From the NCBI GenBank assembly GCA_017408025.1, contig JAFQVJ010000068.1:107440-171439 (forward strand): a stretch of DNA of 64,000 bases. The letters run 5' to 3'. Within the stretch, counting starts at the first letter, position 1. Each line of letters opens with the position of its first letter. Source of the DNA: Lachnospiraceae bacterium. Lineage in GTDB: Bacteria > Bacillota > Clostridia > Lachnospirales > Lachnospiraceae. Shown here piece by piece: positions 53,425 to 63,623 of the stretch. The notes beneath the pieces are model-generated. The model was not told the DNA's origin and ran no database searches. It saw only the letters and a list, made by a program, of their open reading frames with translations. The position numbers and the translations under genes were made by a program.

Positions 53425-55173
53425 ATGGCATTAGACGGAATTACCATCCATGCTCTCGTGGATGAATTAAATACAAAACTTGTTGGTGGAAGACTTTTAA
53501 AGATAGCACAGCCAGAAAACGATGAGCTCCAATTAACTGTCCGTGTAGAAAAGGAACAGTATAAAGTTCTTGTTTCCGCAGCTGCTTCACTCCCACTTAT
53601 GTATATAACAGAAGGCTCAAAAACTTCACCACTTACGGCACCTAACTTCTGCATGTTGTTAAGGAAGCATTTAAACAACGCAAAAATCATCGACATATAT
53701 CAGCCAGGCCTTGAGAGAATTATCAATATCAAGGTTGAACATTACAATGATATGGGTGACTTATGCACAAAACATATAATCATTGAATTGATGGGTAAAC
53801 ACAGTAACATCATTTTCACAGATACAGAGGGTAAAATCGTAGATTCTATCAAGCATATCTCAGCAAATGTCAGCTCTGTACGTGAGGTTTTACCTGGAAG
53901 AATGTACTTCATTCCAGATACAACTGGAAAAATCGACCCATTAACTGTGTCACAAACTGACTTTATTAGTAAAATATCTGAGCAGATGATGCCAATATCC
54001 AAAGCAATCTATTGCTGTTTTACTGGTATCTCCCCTGTTATAGCATCTGAAATATGTAACAGATGCTCCGTAGATGGCGACAAGCCTGCTAATGCTCTTG
54101 ACTCACAGGAATTAAACAATGTTTGGACAGCCTTTGATGATTTGATGGAATGCGTAAGATTAAACAAATTCCAGCCAAATATTATCTCTGAGAATGTAGA
54201 TGACTCTCCAAGGGAATTTGCTCCATTCTCACTTTCAATCTATGGCGACAATAACCATACTACTGCTTATCATGACTCCATGAGCTATGTGTTAGAACAG
54301 TTTTATGCAAAGAAATCTGTTGTTACCAGAATACGACAAAAATCATCAGACCTTAGACGTATTGTTCAGACAGCACTTGAAAAAAATTACAAGAAATATG
54401 ACTTACAGATTAAACAGTTAAAGGACACTGAAAAAAAAGATAAGTACAGAATATACGGTGAGCTTATTACAGCCTTTGGCTACTGTGTTGAGCAGGGTGC
54501 AACTGAATTGAAAGCCGAAAATTATTATGACAATAACAAAGAGATAACCATACCTTTAGATAAAGATTTGACGGCCATGGAAAACGCAAAACGTTACTAT
54601 GACAAGTATAATAAGCTCAAGAGAACCGCTGAAGCTCTGGAAGGTATCGTTAAAGAGGTTGCCGATGAAATAGCTCATCTTGAATCAGTCACGAATGCCT
54701 TAGATATCGCCTTATCAGAGGATGACCTTAAAGAAATCAAGGAAGAACTTATACTATCAGGATACATCCGCAGAAAGTCTTCTGACAAAAAAGCTAAATA
54801 TAAGAGCGAACCTCTTCACTACGTTTCTTCTGACGGTTATCATATGTATGTTGGAAAAAACAATATTCAAAATGAAGAACTGACTTTTAAGGTTGCAAAT
54901 GGTGGAGACTGGTGGTTCCATTCTAAGACATTTCCAGGCTCACACGTTATCGTTAAATCAAACGGTGATGAACTACCAGATTCAACCTTTGAGGAGGCAG
55001 CACGCCTTGCAGCCTACTACTCTAAGGGCCGAGAGCAGGACAAGGTTGAGATTGACTATATCCAGCGAAAGCACGTTAAAAAGGTTGCCGGAAGCAAGCC
55101 AGGTTTTGTTATATATCATACAAATTATTCAATGGCAATACAGCCTGATATTAATGGAATAAAAGAGCTTTAG
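53425..55173 (+). CDS. rqcH: Ribosome quality control protein RqcH (NFACT / FbpA family)
   Basis: MALDGITIHALVDELNTKLVGGRLLKIAQP N-terminus, a coiled-coil middle, and a C-terminal NFACT-R region (WWFHSKTFPGSHVIV). Confidence 0.9.
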   Translation: MALDGITIHALVDELNTKLVGGRLLKIAQPENDELQLTVRVEKEQYKVLVSAAASLPLMYITEGSKTSPLTAPNFCMLLRKHLNNAKIIDIYQPGLERIINIKVEHYNDMGDLCTKHIIIELMGKHSNIIFTDTEGKIVDSIKHISANVSSVREVLPGRMYFIPDTTGKIDPLTVSQTDFISKISEQMMPISKAIYCCFTGISPVIASEICNRCSVDGDKPANALDSQELNNVWTAFDDLMECVRLNKFQPNIISENVDDSPREFAPFSLSIYGDNNHTTAYHDSMSYVLEQFYAKKSVVTRIRQKSSDLRRIVQTALEKNYKKYDLQIKQLKDTEKKDKYRIYGELITAFGYCVEQGATELKAENYYDNNKEITIPLDKDLTAMENAKRYYDKYNKLKRTAEALEGIVKEVADEIAHLESVTNALDIALSEDDLKEIKEELILSGYIRRKSSDKKAKYKSEPLHYVSSDGYHMYVGKNNIQNEELTFKVANGGDWWFHSKTFPGSHVIVKSNGDELPDSTFEEAARLAAYYSKGREQDKVEIDYIQRKHVKKVAGSKPGFVIYHTNYSMAIQPDINGIKEL

Positions 55174-55202
55174 AATTTTTTCTTCTATAAGCCTATCCAT
55201 AT

Positions 55203-55832
55203 TTATTTTTGTGATGATTTAAGTACTACCTGCAATGCCTTTGTTATAGTGCTTCCCACTATAAAGCAAACTGCCGCCTCAACAACACCATTTAAGCCAA
55301 CCAATGCTACTACGAAGGCAAGTGGATTTGCAACTCCCATCTGCTCAGCCATATTCTGCACAAACGGTGTGTCATAATATATAAGCATTAAACAGCTTGT
55401 AAAAAATATTGTATTGAATATCGGACAAGAAAGATTAGCAAGCACTACAGAAAATTTCTGCATTGGTTTTATCTTCTTAAGACCTACATATACAAGGCCT
55501 GTAAGCCATCCACAAAGTATTCTTGGTATTATACAGTTGATAACCCTAAATATTGGATTGATATCTGTCATCATAGCTCCAAGTGGACTTGAAAAGCTTA
55601 AAATTAAGCTTGTTAAACCAAAAGCAAAGCCAAGTACTGCTCCTGCTGATGGTCCCAGTACAACTGCGCCAACCGCAACGGGAACTACTATAAGTGTAAT
55701 ATCAATTGTCGGTGTCTTTATGTAACCAAGTGGTGTAAATGCCATTAAAAATATAATAGCAATGAGTAGCGCCAACTGCACCATCTTTGTTGTCTTTGCA
55801 CTACGTTTTTTAACGTTGTTTTCTGATACCAT
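55203..55832 (-). CDS. ECF transporter S component (substrate unknown)
   Basis: About 6-TM small protein with FTPLGYIKT...ITLIVVPVAVGAVVLGP, typical of ECF S components. Confidence 0.68.
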   Translation of the reverse strand: MVSENNVKKRSAKTTKMVQLALLIAIIFLMAFTPLGYIKTPTIDITLIVVPVAVGAVVLGPSAGAVLGFAFGLTSLILSFSSPLGAMMTDINPIFRVINCIIPRILCGWLTGLVYVGLKKIKPMQKFSVVLANLSCPIFNTIFFTSCLMLIYYDTPFVQNMAEQMGVANPLAFVVALVGLNGVVEAAVCFIVGSTITKALQVVLKSSQK

Positions 55833-55949
55833 CTTCCGTCACTCCTTTTATCTAATTAACTTCACAATTTACTTTAGTGAATTACTTCACAATAGCCACT
55901 TTATTCTAATATGTTTTTCAAATTTTTACAATATGTTTTTAATTATATT

Positions 55950-55975
55950 TCGAGAACTTTCCTATACAACAAAAA
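55950..55975 (-). repeat. Modular intergenic repeat, copy E (orphan half of hairpin H)
   Basis: TCGAGAACTTTCCTATACAACAAAAA is identical to 41115-41140, but the partner arm is absent. Confidence 0.65.
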
Positions 55976-56029
55976 CAGGCTGCTACACTTTATTCTTATA
56001 ACTCCGATTATAAGAATAGTGTAACAGCC
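55971..56029 (-). terminator. Intrinsic terminator of the 122-aa membrane protein gene
   Basis: Long imperfect hairpin GGCUGUUACACUAUUCUUAUAA-UCGGAG-UUAUAAGAAUAAAGUGUAGCAGCC followed by UGUUUUUG (minus strand). Confidence 0.6.
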
Positions 56030-56046
56030 ACTTTAAAAAAATCAAT

Positions 56047-56415
56047 TTATTTGTAGTCATTTAACTTTGATGCAACGTAGCTATCACGATAACTAATAAA
56101 GTATCTTCTCTTTATCCAGCAATATCCCAGTATCAAACCAAAAATTCCAACGGTACAACCCATTACAAGAAATATAACCGATACAGTTTTACTAACAATT
56201 GCCGCCAATCCGGCTATCCAATAAAACATCGAATATATACACCACATAACACCATTTGCAACGTTATACTTCCTTACATTTGTAACCTCCGTCTTCTTAA
56301 CCTCAGCTCCTGACCAGAAGTTTACTGGTGTTCTACGTTTAAAACATGCATAACCTAACAACACAAACACTGAAGCACATAGCCAGCTTATAAGAACAAA
56401 TACGATAGATTCCAT
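56047..56415 (-). CDS. Hypothetical small membrane protein (4 TM)
   Basis: 122-aa hydrophobic ORF. No family recognised. Confidence 0.5.
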   Translation of the reverse strand: MESIVFVLISWLCASVFVLLGYACFKRRTPVNFWSGAEVKKTEVTNVRKYNVANGVMWCIYSMFYWIAGLAAIVSKTVSVIFLVMGCTVGIFGLILGYCWIKRRYFISYRDSYVASKLNDYK

Positions 56416-56441
56416 ATAAAGACCCCGCTACTCTCTTATTT

Positions 56442-57884
56442 TTAATACAAAAGATTGCGATACAACTGTTCATACTTTCCAGCTGATGTTTTCCATGAGA
56501 AGTCTGCCATCATGCCACGATCAACCATCTTATTCCATTCTCTTTTCTTGTTATAGAAGGTATTCATAGCATATCTAATTACACCAAGCATCTCGTGAGC
56601 ATTGTAATTTGTAAACGAAAATCCTGTTCCTTTACTCTCATATTCATTATATGGTTCAACTGTATCCCTAAGACCACCTGTCTCACGTACAATTGGAACT
56701 GTTCCATAGCGAAGACTCATGAGCTGTGAAAGTCCACATGGTTCAAAGAGTGATGGCATAAGGAATGCATCACACGCTGCATAAATCTTATGAGACATTT
56801 CTTCCGAGTAATAAATCTGTGCTGAAACTTTACCATGATATTTCCAATCAAAGTGACGGAACATATTCTCATATCTCTCTTCACCTGTACCAAGGACCAC
56901 TATCTGTACATCTTCCTGGCAGAGCTCATCCATAATATACGCAATAAGATCAAAACCCTTCTGATCAGTCAGACGTGAAACTATACCTATCATAAACTTA
57001 CCATCATCAACATTCATACCAAGATCCTGCTGTAGCTGTCTCTTATTTGCCTTCTTTTCTTTTCTAAAGGTGTCAACATTATAATTTCTATAAATATAAG
57101 GATCTGTCTCAGGATTGTAAGTATCATAATCAATACCGTTGACAATTCCTGCAAGACAATTACTCCTTGCTCTCATAAGCCCATCAAGGTTTTCACCAAA
57201 AAATGGTGTCTTAATCTCTTCTGCGTACGTCTCACTAACCGTTGTTACATAGTCAGCATATACGATACCACCCTTTAAGAGATTGGCATCTTCATAGCAT
57301 CTAAGCTTGTCCGATGTAAAGTAATAATCAGATAATCCTGCGATATCACGAACTGTCTTAACATCCCATATTCCCTGGAATTTAAGGTTATGTATTGTCA
57401 TAATAGACTTGATGCCGCGATAGAAATCTCCCTGTGCAAAGCAATCCTTAAGATAAACTGGCACAAGACCTGTCTGCCAATCATGGCAATGAATAATATC
57501 TGGTCTAAATCCTATAACAGGAAGCACTGACAATGCGGCTCTTGAGAAAAATGCAAATTTTTCAATATCATAACAAATATCACCATATGGTCTGTCACCG
57601 CCGAAATAATATTCATTGTCAATCATATATATAGTAACACCATCATAAACTGTTTTAAACACACCAACATACTGACTTCTCCAGTTAAGCTGCATATAAA
57701 AATGTGTCACATATTCCAATTGTTGTACATACTCATATTTCATGCACATGTACTTAGGAATAATAACTCTGCAATCAAACTCGTCTTTGTTAAAGTATTT
57801 TGGTAATGATCCAACTACATCTGCCAAACCACCAGTCTTTATAAATGGCACACATTCAGATGCAACAAACAGTATATTTCTCAT
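56442..57884 (-). CDS. glgA: Glycogen synthase (ADP-glucose type)
   Basis: MRNILFVASECVPFIKTGGLADVVGSLP N-terminus and a GT5/GT1 C-terminus (PSLFEPCGLSQL). Confidence 0.95.
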   Translation of the reverse strand: MRNILFVASECVPFIKTGGLADVVGSLPKYFNKDEFDCRVIIPKYMCMKYEYVQQLEYVTHFYMQLNWRSQYVGVFKTVYDGVTIYMIDNEYYFGGDRPYGDICYDIEKFAFFSRAALSVLPVIGFRPDIIHCHDWQTGLVPVYLKDCFAQGDFYRGIKSIMTIHNLKFQGIWDVKTVRDIAGLSDYYFTSDKLRCYEDANLLKGGIVYADYVTTVSETYAEEIKTPFFGENLDGLMRARSNCLAGIVNGIDYDTYNPETDPYIYRNYNVDTFRKEKKANKRQLQQDLGMNVDDGKFMIGIVSRLTDQKGFDLIAYIMDELCQEDVQIVVLGTGEERYENMFRHFDWKYHGKVSAQIYYSEEMSHKIYAACDAFLMPSLFEPCGLSQLMSLRYGTVPIVRETGGLRDTVEPYNEYESKGTGFSFTNYNAHEMLGVIRYAMNTFYNKKREWNKMVDRGMMADFSWKTSAGKYEQLYRNLLY

Positions 57885-57989
57885 ATAGATTCCTCCTATT
57901 ATCTGTTCACTTAATCAATTATAGCTATTATATCAAATTATCTGAATATTTTAAAGAAGATTTTTGATATTTATAACTTTAATTTAATA

Positions 57990-58781
57990 TTATTTTTGAA
58001 GGCGTATTTTATCGGAAATAAGTGCAATGAACTCTGAATTTGTAGGTTTCCCTTTGCCAGTATTAATAGTATATCCAAACATTTCCTCTATTGTTTCAAG
58101 CTTTCCTCTATTCCAAGCGACTTCAATAGCATGTCTTATAGCTCTCTCAACTCTTGAAGATGTAGTCTTATGCTTTTTTGCTATTTCAGGGTACAAAATC
58201 TTTGTAATAGCACCAAGCATTTCCTGATCCTTAACAGTCATTATGATTGCATCTCTAAGATACTGATACCCCTTAATATGAGCAGGCACACCAACTTCAT
58301 GAATAAACTCTGTTACAATCACTTCCAAATCCTTCTCAGTCTGTTCAGGTGATGCTAAAGTTTTGGCTACAATTCTTCCAGCAACACTCTTATGCTGACC
58401 ATTTACTTTTAACTGCTTCATCCTATATAAGAGCGTATCATGATCAAACGGCTTCATAATGTAATAATTAGCTCCAAGGCTGAAAGCATCCTCCGTGATA
58501 GCTTCCTGACCCACTGCACTCATTACAACAAATGCAGGATGCTTGTCTAGTGTAGCATCCCTATTGATCTTGTCCATCACTGTCAAACCATCAAGCTTAG
58601 GCATGATAATATCAAGCAATACTACATCAGGCTTTTCTTTCTTAATCATATCGTATGCTTCCTGACCGTTCTTTGCTTTTCCTACAACGGAAATGTCCTC
58701 ATCTGTACTCAATATGTCTGACAAAAGTGTCACTATTCTCTCATTATCGTCGGCTACCACTACATTTAATTTTCCTTCCAT
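57990..58781 (-). CDS. spo0A: Sporulation master regulator Spo0A
   Basis: REC domain plus the Spo0A-specific C-terminal DNA-binding domain ([19 protein letters not shown] ... [17 protein letters not shown]). Confidence 0.95.
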   Translation of the reverse strand: MEGKLNVVVADDNERIVTLLSDILSTDEDISVVGKAKNGQEAYDMIKKEKPDVVLLDIIMPKLDGLTVMDKINRDATLDKHPAFVVMSAVGQEAITEDAFSLGANYYIMKPFDHDTLLYRMKQLKVNGQHKSVAGRIVAKTLASPEQTEKDLEVIVTEFIHEVGVPAHIKGYQYLRDAIIMTVKDQEMLGAITKILYPEIAKKHKTTSSRVERAIRHAIEVAWNRGKLETIEEMFGYTINTGKGKPTNSEFIALISDKIRLQK

Positions 58782-58844
58782 GATGTTTTCCTCCTCGAAT
58801 CACTTAAAAAAGATATTTTTACTGTTTCTTCTTACCATTATTGC

Positions 58845-58863
58845 TGTCGATACTCCTGTCGAA
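58845..58863 (+). promoter_or_regulatory. Two 0A-box-like heptamers upstream of spo0A
   Basis: TGTCGAT (58845-58851) and TGTCGAA (58857-58863), compared with the 0A-box consensus TGNCGAA. They lie 64-82 nt upstream of the spo0A start. Confidence 0.4.
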
Positions 58864-58940
58864 CTTGTTATATCTTGAAGAAACTTCACGAAAAACATAA
58901 TAATCTGCAAATGATAGCTACGTGTAATGCATTTGTAAAT

Positions 58941-58986
58941 AAAAAGTAAAGTCGTAACTGTTCTTTGCTATAACAGTTACGACTTT
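58941..58986 (-). terminator. Intrinsic terminator of trpS
   Basis: Perfect 15-bp stem AAAGTCGTAACTGTT/AACAGTTACGACTTT, followed on the minus strand by ACUUUUUAUUU. Confidence 0.7.
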
Positions 58987-58994
58987 ATAATCTA

Positions 58995-60089
58995 CTAATT
59001 CTGTCCGTATTTTTCTGCTTGTTCCTTAATAAGCTCAGCATCTTCAAAGTAGTTTATCTTCATGGCAGCCTTTACCTCAGCAAGAGTCTGGGCAGCCTTT
59101 TCTCTAGCAACCTCACTACCCTTCTTAAGTATATTGTAAATTTCAGGTATATCCTTTTCATACTCTTTACGTCTTGCCCTGATTGGATTAAGCTCCTCCT
59201 GAAGAACATTATTAAGGAATTTCTTAACCTTCACATCACCAAGACCGCCTCTCGAATAATGGTCCTTAAGTTCTTGAAGATTTGCATACTCTGGCAAATA
59301 CTCCTCAAAATGACCTGGCTTACAAAATGCATCAAGATAAGTAAATACAGTATTACCTTCAACCTGACCTGGATCTTCAATTCGAATATGATTAGGATCT
59401 GTGTACATACTCATGATTTTTGTCTTTACATCCTTTTCTGTATCTGAAAGATAGATACAGTTTCCTAATGATTTGCTCATCTTTGCCTTGCCATCTGTGC
59501 CTGGAAGTCTTAAACACGCTTTATTATCAGGAAGTAGGATTTCCGGCTCAATGAGAACATCATCATATACAGAATTAAATTTTCTAACTATTTCCTTAGT
59601 CTGCTCAAGCATCGGAAGCTGGTCTTCACCTACTGGAACTGTAGTTGCCTTAAATGCTGTAATATCAGCTGCCTGACTTATAGGATATGTAAAAAATCCT
59701 ACTGGGATGCTTGTCTCAAAATTACGCATCTGAATCTCAGACTTAACAGTAGGATTTCTCTGAAGTCTGGATACTGTAACAAGATTCATATAATAAAATG
59801 AAAGCTCACATAACTCAGCAACATGAGACTGAATAAAAATGTTTGACTTAGTAGGGTCAATACCACATGAAAGATAGTCAAGGGCTACCTCTATTATATT
59901 CTGTCTAATCTTCTCTGGATTATCCGCATTATCTGTAAGTGCCTGTGCATCAGCAATCATGATAAATATTTTATCAAATTTACCAGAATTCTGAAGCTCC
60001 ACTCTTCTTCTTAAAGAACCTACATAATGTCCAACATGAAGTTTTCCTGTTGGTCTATCTCCTGTTAAAATTATCTTTTCGTTTGCCAT
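58995..60089 (-). CDS. trpS: Tryptophan--tRNA ligase
   Basis: [11 protein letters not shown] (HIGH-type) and KMSKS motifs. ATG at 60089 is preceded by GAGGAAG. Confidence 0.95.
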   Translation of the reverse strand: MANEKIILTGDRPTGKLHVGHYVGSLRRRVELQNSGKFDKIFIMIADAQALTDNADNPEKIRQNIIEVALDYLSCGIDPTKSNIFIQSHVAELCELSFYYMNLVTVSRLQRNPTVKSEIQMRNFETSIPVGFFTYPISQAADITAFKATTVPVGEDQLPMLEQTKEIVRKFNSVYDDVLIEPEILLPDNKACLRLPGTDGKAKMSKSLGNCIYLSDTEKDVKTKIMSMYTDPNHIRIEDPGQVEGNTVFTYLDAFCKPGHFEEYLPEYANLQELKDHYSRGGLGDVKVKKFLNNVLQEELNPIRARRKEYEKDIPEIYNILKKGSEVAREKAAQTLAEVKAAMKINYFEDAELIKEQAEKYGQN

Positions 60090-60273
60090 AATAAACTTCC
60101 TCTTTTTTCTTAAAATCACTATATAAGATAATAATAAAAAAGCTGATTTTAGTCAAGTATTTCCACCACCATCAAAACTCCCATATTCTTCATCCATCCG
60201 CTTTTTCTTATATTGTCAATAATAAAAGCAGATAATACAACCACTTAGAAAGCCTTGTAATATCTGCTTTTTC

Positions 60274-61344
60274 TTAATTATGCTCCAACATATTTTCAAT
60301 ATATATCCCATATCCTTTGGTTGAATCGTTTACAAATACGTGTGTTACTGCGCCGATGATTTTGTCACCCTGAATTATTGGGCTGCCGCTCATTCCCTGA
60401 ACTATTCCACCTGTTAATTCTAACAATTCTTCATCTGTCACTTTTAAAACTATACCTTTATTACCTTCAGACTGGTTTTTAAGTTCTGTAATTTCTATCT
60501 CATAATCCTTAACTTCTCCTGTAACTGCTGTTCTCACATAAGCCTTCCCCAGCTGTACATCTTTTTTTGAGCAGATTTCCATCGGTTCCAAATCATACTC
60601 ATCTATAATATCCATAGCCTCTTTATACTCAGCCAAATTCCCATATATACCTATATCTGTATTTGATTCTATAGCGGCCATAATATTGCTTTCATCATAA
60701 TTTATAGAGCCACACAAGCTCCCAGGCGAACCTGATCTACCCTTTGTTATTCCCCATATGTCAGCCTCATAGATTCTTCCATTTTCAGCACTTAATAACT
60801 TCTTAGTATCACTGTCAGATATACCGTGACCAAGTGCTCCAAAATCCCCATCATATGTTATATATGTCATGGTACCTATTCCCTGACTGTCATCTTTTAC
60901 CCATATACCAAGCTTGTACTGTTCTGTACCTACACAAACTGGTGTGATTTTCACATCCATAAGCTCCCCGTCTCTTCGAATAGTTAATGTTAATGCCTTA
61001 TTACCATACTTATTTATCAAAAAACCCAGCTGAGACTTAGCACTTACGTTTATATCATTTACAGCCACTATATAATCGCCCTCTTTAACTATTCCATGAG
61101 CCGGCTCATAATTAAGACCATCACTACCAGTTATAACATCTGTTCCAACTACTAAAACACCCTCAGTTTCCAGATATATTCCCACAGAAAAACCACATGG
61201 AAAAATCTCTGTTCCATCGTAATTTGTCTGTACTGTATTTTTATGCTCATTATTTCTATAAAGAGAGCAAAATAAAACCATGGACAGTGCTATGACCGCC
61301 ATGGTTAATATTCTCTTATACCAGAAAAATCTCTTGTTCACCAC
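60274..61344 (-). CDS. spoIVB: Stage IV sporulation protein B (S55 serine peptidase with PDZ domain)
   Basis: N-terminal TM helix, PDZ-like region (GIVKEGDYIVAVNDINV), and the S55 catalytic region (GIVQGMSGSPII). Sits in the conserved spo0A-spoIVB-recN order. GTG start follows GAGAGG. Confidence 0.9.
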   Translation of the reverse strand: MVNKRFFWYKRILTMAVIALSMVLFCSLYRNNEHKNTVQTNYDGTEIFPCGFSVGIYLETEGVLVVGTDVITGSDGLNYEPAHGIVKEGDYIVAVNDINVSAKSQLGFLINKYGNKALTLTIRRDGELMDVKITPVCVGTEQYKLGIWVKDDSQGIGTMTYITYDGDFGALGHGISDSDTKKLLSAENGRIYEADIWGITKGRSGSPGSLCGSINYDESNIMAAIESNTDIGIYGNLAEYKEAMDIIDEYDLEPMEICSKKDVQLGKAYVRTAVTGEVKDYEIEITELKNQSEGNKGIVLKVTDEELLELTGGIVQGMSGSPIIQGDKIIGAVTHVFVNDSTKGYGIYIENMLEHN

Positions 61345-61376
61345 AGCTACCTCTCTTTCTTTTACTTTATGATAGC

Positions 61377-61407
61377 TAGTATGTTCAATTCTGATTTTGC
61401 TAGTATG
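61377..61407 (-). promoter_or_regulatory. Possible forespore-type (sigma-F/G) -10 element CATACTA, present as a 9-nt direct repeat
   Basis: Minus strand CATACTAGC occurs twice, 24 nt apart. The proximal copy lies 33 nt upstream of the spoIVB start. Sigma-G -10 consensus is CATnHTA. No convincing -35 was found. Confidence 0.3.
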
Positions 61408-61418
61408 GTATTATTAGG

Positions 61419-63089
61419 TTACGCTTTTCCTGCAAGCTTTTTTAGCTCTCGTGCGTTGTCCAATGCTGCCTCTGTAATAGTAGTGCTGCCAAGCATTCGT
61501 GCTAATTCTTCTATAGATTCATCATCACTTAATCTTCTTATATCAGTTGTTGTATGACCATTTTTAACATTTTTTTCTATAAGATAATGTCTGTCTGCAT
61601 GAGAAGCAATCTGTGGCAGATGGGTGATGCATATAACCTGATGTTCACCACTTATAACACTCATCTTATCTGCAACCATTCCTGCTGTCTTTCCACTTAT
61701 TCCTGTATCTATCTCGTCGAAAATAAGTGTATCAACTGCATCCTTTTCAGCCAGAACAGCTTTAAGACCAAGCATAATCCTTGAAAGTTCTCCACCAGAC
61801 GCAATCTTTGCAAGAGGCTTAATATCTTCTCCAGGATTTGTCGAAATCATAAATTCTAAACTGTCCGTACCCTTGGCTGTGTATTTTTCAACATTCTCAA
61901 AAGCCACCTTAAATTTTACTTCAAGGAAATTCAAATCCATAAGTGCCTTTACTATACTCTTTTCAAGACCTAATGCAGCTTTCTTTCTTAAGGCTGACAA
62001 TTCCTTTGAAGCACTCTCAAGCTCTTTTTCTATAGCTTTTAGTGTATTTTCCAGTTCTTTCTTAGATTCATCATAATTGTTAAGGCTTTCAATTTTGTCA
62101 TCAAGTTCACTTTTTTTCTTAAGTATATCTCCAATAGTTTTTCCATGCTTAAGCTTTAATTTGTTAATAGTGTCCAATCTGTCTGACACATATGCAACTC
62201 GTTCTTCATCAAAATCAAGCTCCTCCATGTAGTCTGACATTTCCTTTGACAGTTCATTACAAAGAGAATCTATAGTATTTAAGGTCTCATAAAAATTCTC
62301 AAGCTTTTTATCAAGATGACTAACAGATGACAATTCTCTAAGACCGTAACTAACTACAGAGGATACTCCTCCATCATCTCCTGCAAGTCCCTCATAGACA
62401 TTGCCAATACTTTCTACAATCTTCCTACCATGAGTCATCTTCTTAAATTCTTCTTCCAATTCATCATCTTCACCAATCTTCAAGCCAGCACTGGCTATCT
62501 CATTCGCTTCAAATTCATAAAAAGACAGGTCACGAATTCTCTGTTCCTCGTCTTTTGAGAATTCTTCAAGTTTGGCATGAGCATTCTTATATTCTTTGTA
62601 AAGTGATGACACCTTATTCATAAGTTCAAGAACTTTTTCACCAGAAAATGCATCCAGTATATCCATGTGTTTTTCTGTATGTACAAGCGTCTCATAATCA
62701 TGCTGACCGTGAACATCTATGACAAGGGATGCTATTTCTTTAAGTGCAGACGCTGTTTTCGTCTCACCGTTTACCTTTATAATACTCTTGCCATTCATAA
62801 TTCTTCTGGATATGATAATTTGTCCATCATCAGTATCTATATCCATCTCTTTTAATTTGCTGATAGTTTCTGCTGAATCAACAGAAAACACCAATTCTAC
62901 CAATGCATAGTCCGCACCCTGGCGAATCAAATCTTTCCCAGCTTTTGCTCCCAATGCGACACCGATTGAACCGATGATTATTGACTTTCCTGCACCTGTT
63001 TCACCTGTGAGAATATTTAATCCTTCTCCAAAACAGATATCCACATCCTCTATAAGTGCCAGATCTTTTACATGTACGTTTAGCAGCAT
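61419..63089 (-). CDS. recN: DNA repair protein RecN
   Basis: SMC-like ATPase: GETGAGKSI Walker A, long coiled coil, and a C-terminal signature/Walker B (SGGELSRIMLGLK ... LIFDEIDTG). Confidence 0.95.
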   Translation of the reverse strand: MLLNVHVKDLALIEDVDICFGEGLNILTGETGAGKSIIIGSIGVALGAKAGKDLIRQGADYALVELVFSVDSAETISKLKEMDIDTDDGQIIISRRIMNGKSIIKVNGETKTASALKEIASLVIDVHGQHDYETLVHTEKHMDILDAFSGEKVLELMNKVSSLYKEYKNAHAKLEEFSKDEEQRIRDLSFYEFEANEIASAGLKIGEDDELEEEFKKMTHGRKIVESIGNVYEGLAGDDGGVSSVVSYGLRELSSVSHLDKKLENFYETLNTIDSLCNELSKEMSDYMEELDFDEERVAYVSDRLDTINKLKLKHGKTIGDILKKKSELDDKIESLNNYDESKKELENTLKAIEKELESASKELSALRKKAALGLEKSIVKALMDLNFLEVKFKVAFENVEKYTAKGTDSLEFMISTNPGEDIKPLAKIASGGELSRIMLGLKAVLAEKDAVDTLIFDEIDTGISGKTAGMVADKMSVISGEHQVICITHLPQIASHADRHYLIEKNVKNGHTTTDIRRLSDDESIEELARMLGSTTITEAALDNARELKKLAGKA

Positions 63090-63170
63090 ATTAACCTCCT
63101 CGATTGCGTTACTTTTCTGCTACTCTCCATTTTTATTGTAAGCTACAATTCTGAATAACCTCTTAATATT

Positions 63171-63623
63171 CTAGTTTGATACAATTCTTACGAGTTTATC
63201 CATAACCACATCCACATCATCATTTGTACGTATAGCACACATAATTGTATCATCACCTGCTATACAACCCACTATCTCATTCATCTTTAAAGCATCAAGT
63301 GCCGCTGCAACTGCCATGGCCATACCTGATACCGTCTTGATAACCAAAATATTTTGTGCCTTGTCCATAGACACATAACCAGCTTTTAGTATTTCCAGCA
63401 ATTTATCATTTATATTTTTTTCATTATTCTCAACAGCTACATACTTCTGCGGTCCACCATCTACTGACATCTTAGTAAGTCCAAGCTCCCTTATATCACG
63501 GGAAACTGTAGCCTGAGTTACTATGTAATTGCTATCTATAAGCAACGAAGCAAGTTCCTCCTGAGTTGTCACTACGTTGTTGCTGATTATCTCCAATATT
63601 TTTTTATGTCTGGCTATCTTCAT
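63171..63623 (-). CDS. argR: Arginine repressor
   Basis: Winged-helix N-terminus (TQEELASLL...VTQATVSRDIRELGL) and a C-terminal oligomerisation domain (GDDTIMC). Confidence 0.92.
   Translation of the reverse strand: MKIARHKKILEIISNNVVTTQEELASLLIDSNYIVTQATVSRDIRELGLTKMSVDGGPQKYVAVENNEKNINDKLLEILKAGYVSMDKAQNILVIKTVSGMAMAVAAALDALKMNEIVGCIAGDDTIMCAIRTNDDVDVVMDKLVRIVSN

Noticed and set aside
55833-56046. Possible riboswitch (FMN, THF or similar) upstream of the ECF S-component gene
   Set aside because: The leader is very AT-rich and lacks the conserved cores I know for FMN, TPP, THF, preQ1 or biotin-related elements. It contains only a terminator of the upstream gene, an orphan repeat half and a short GTGAA-N4-TTCAC palindrome.
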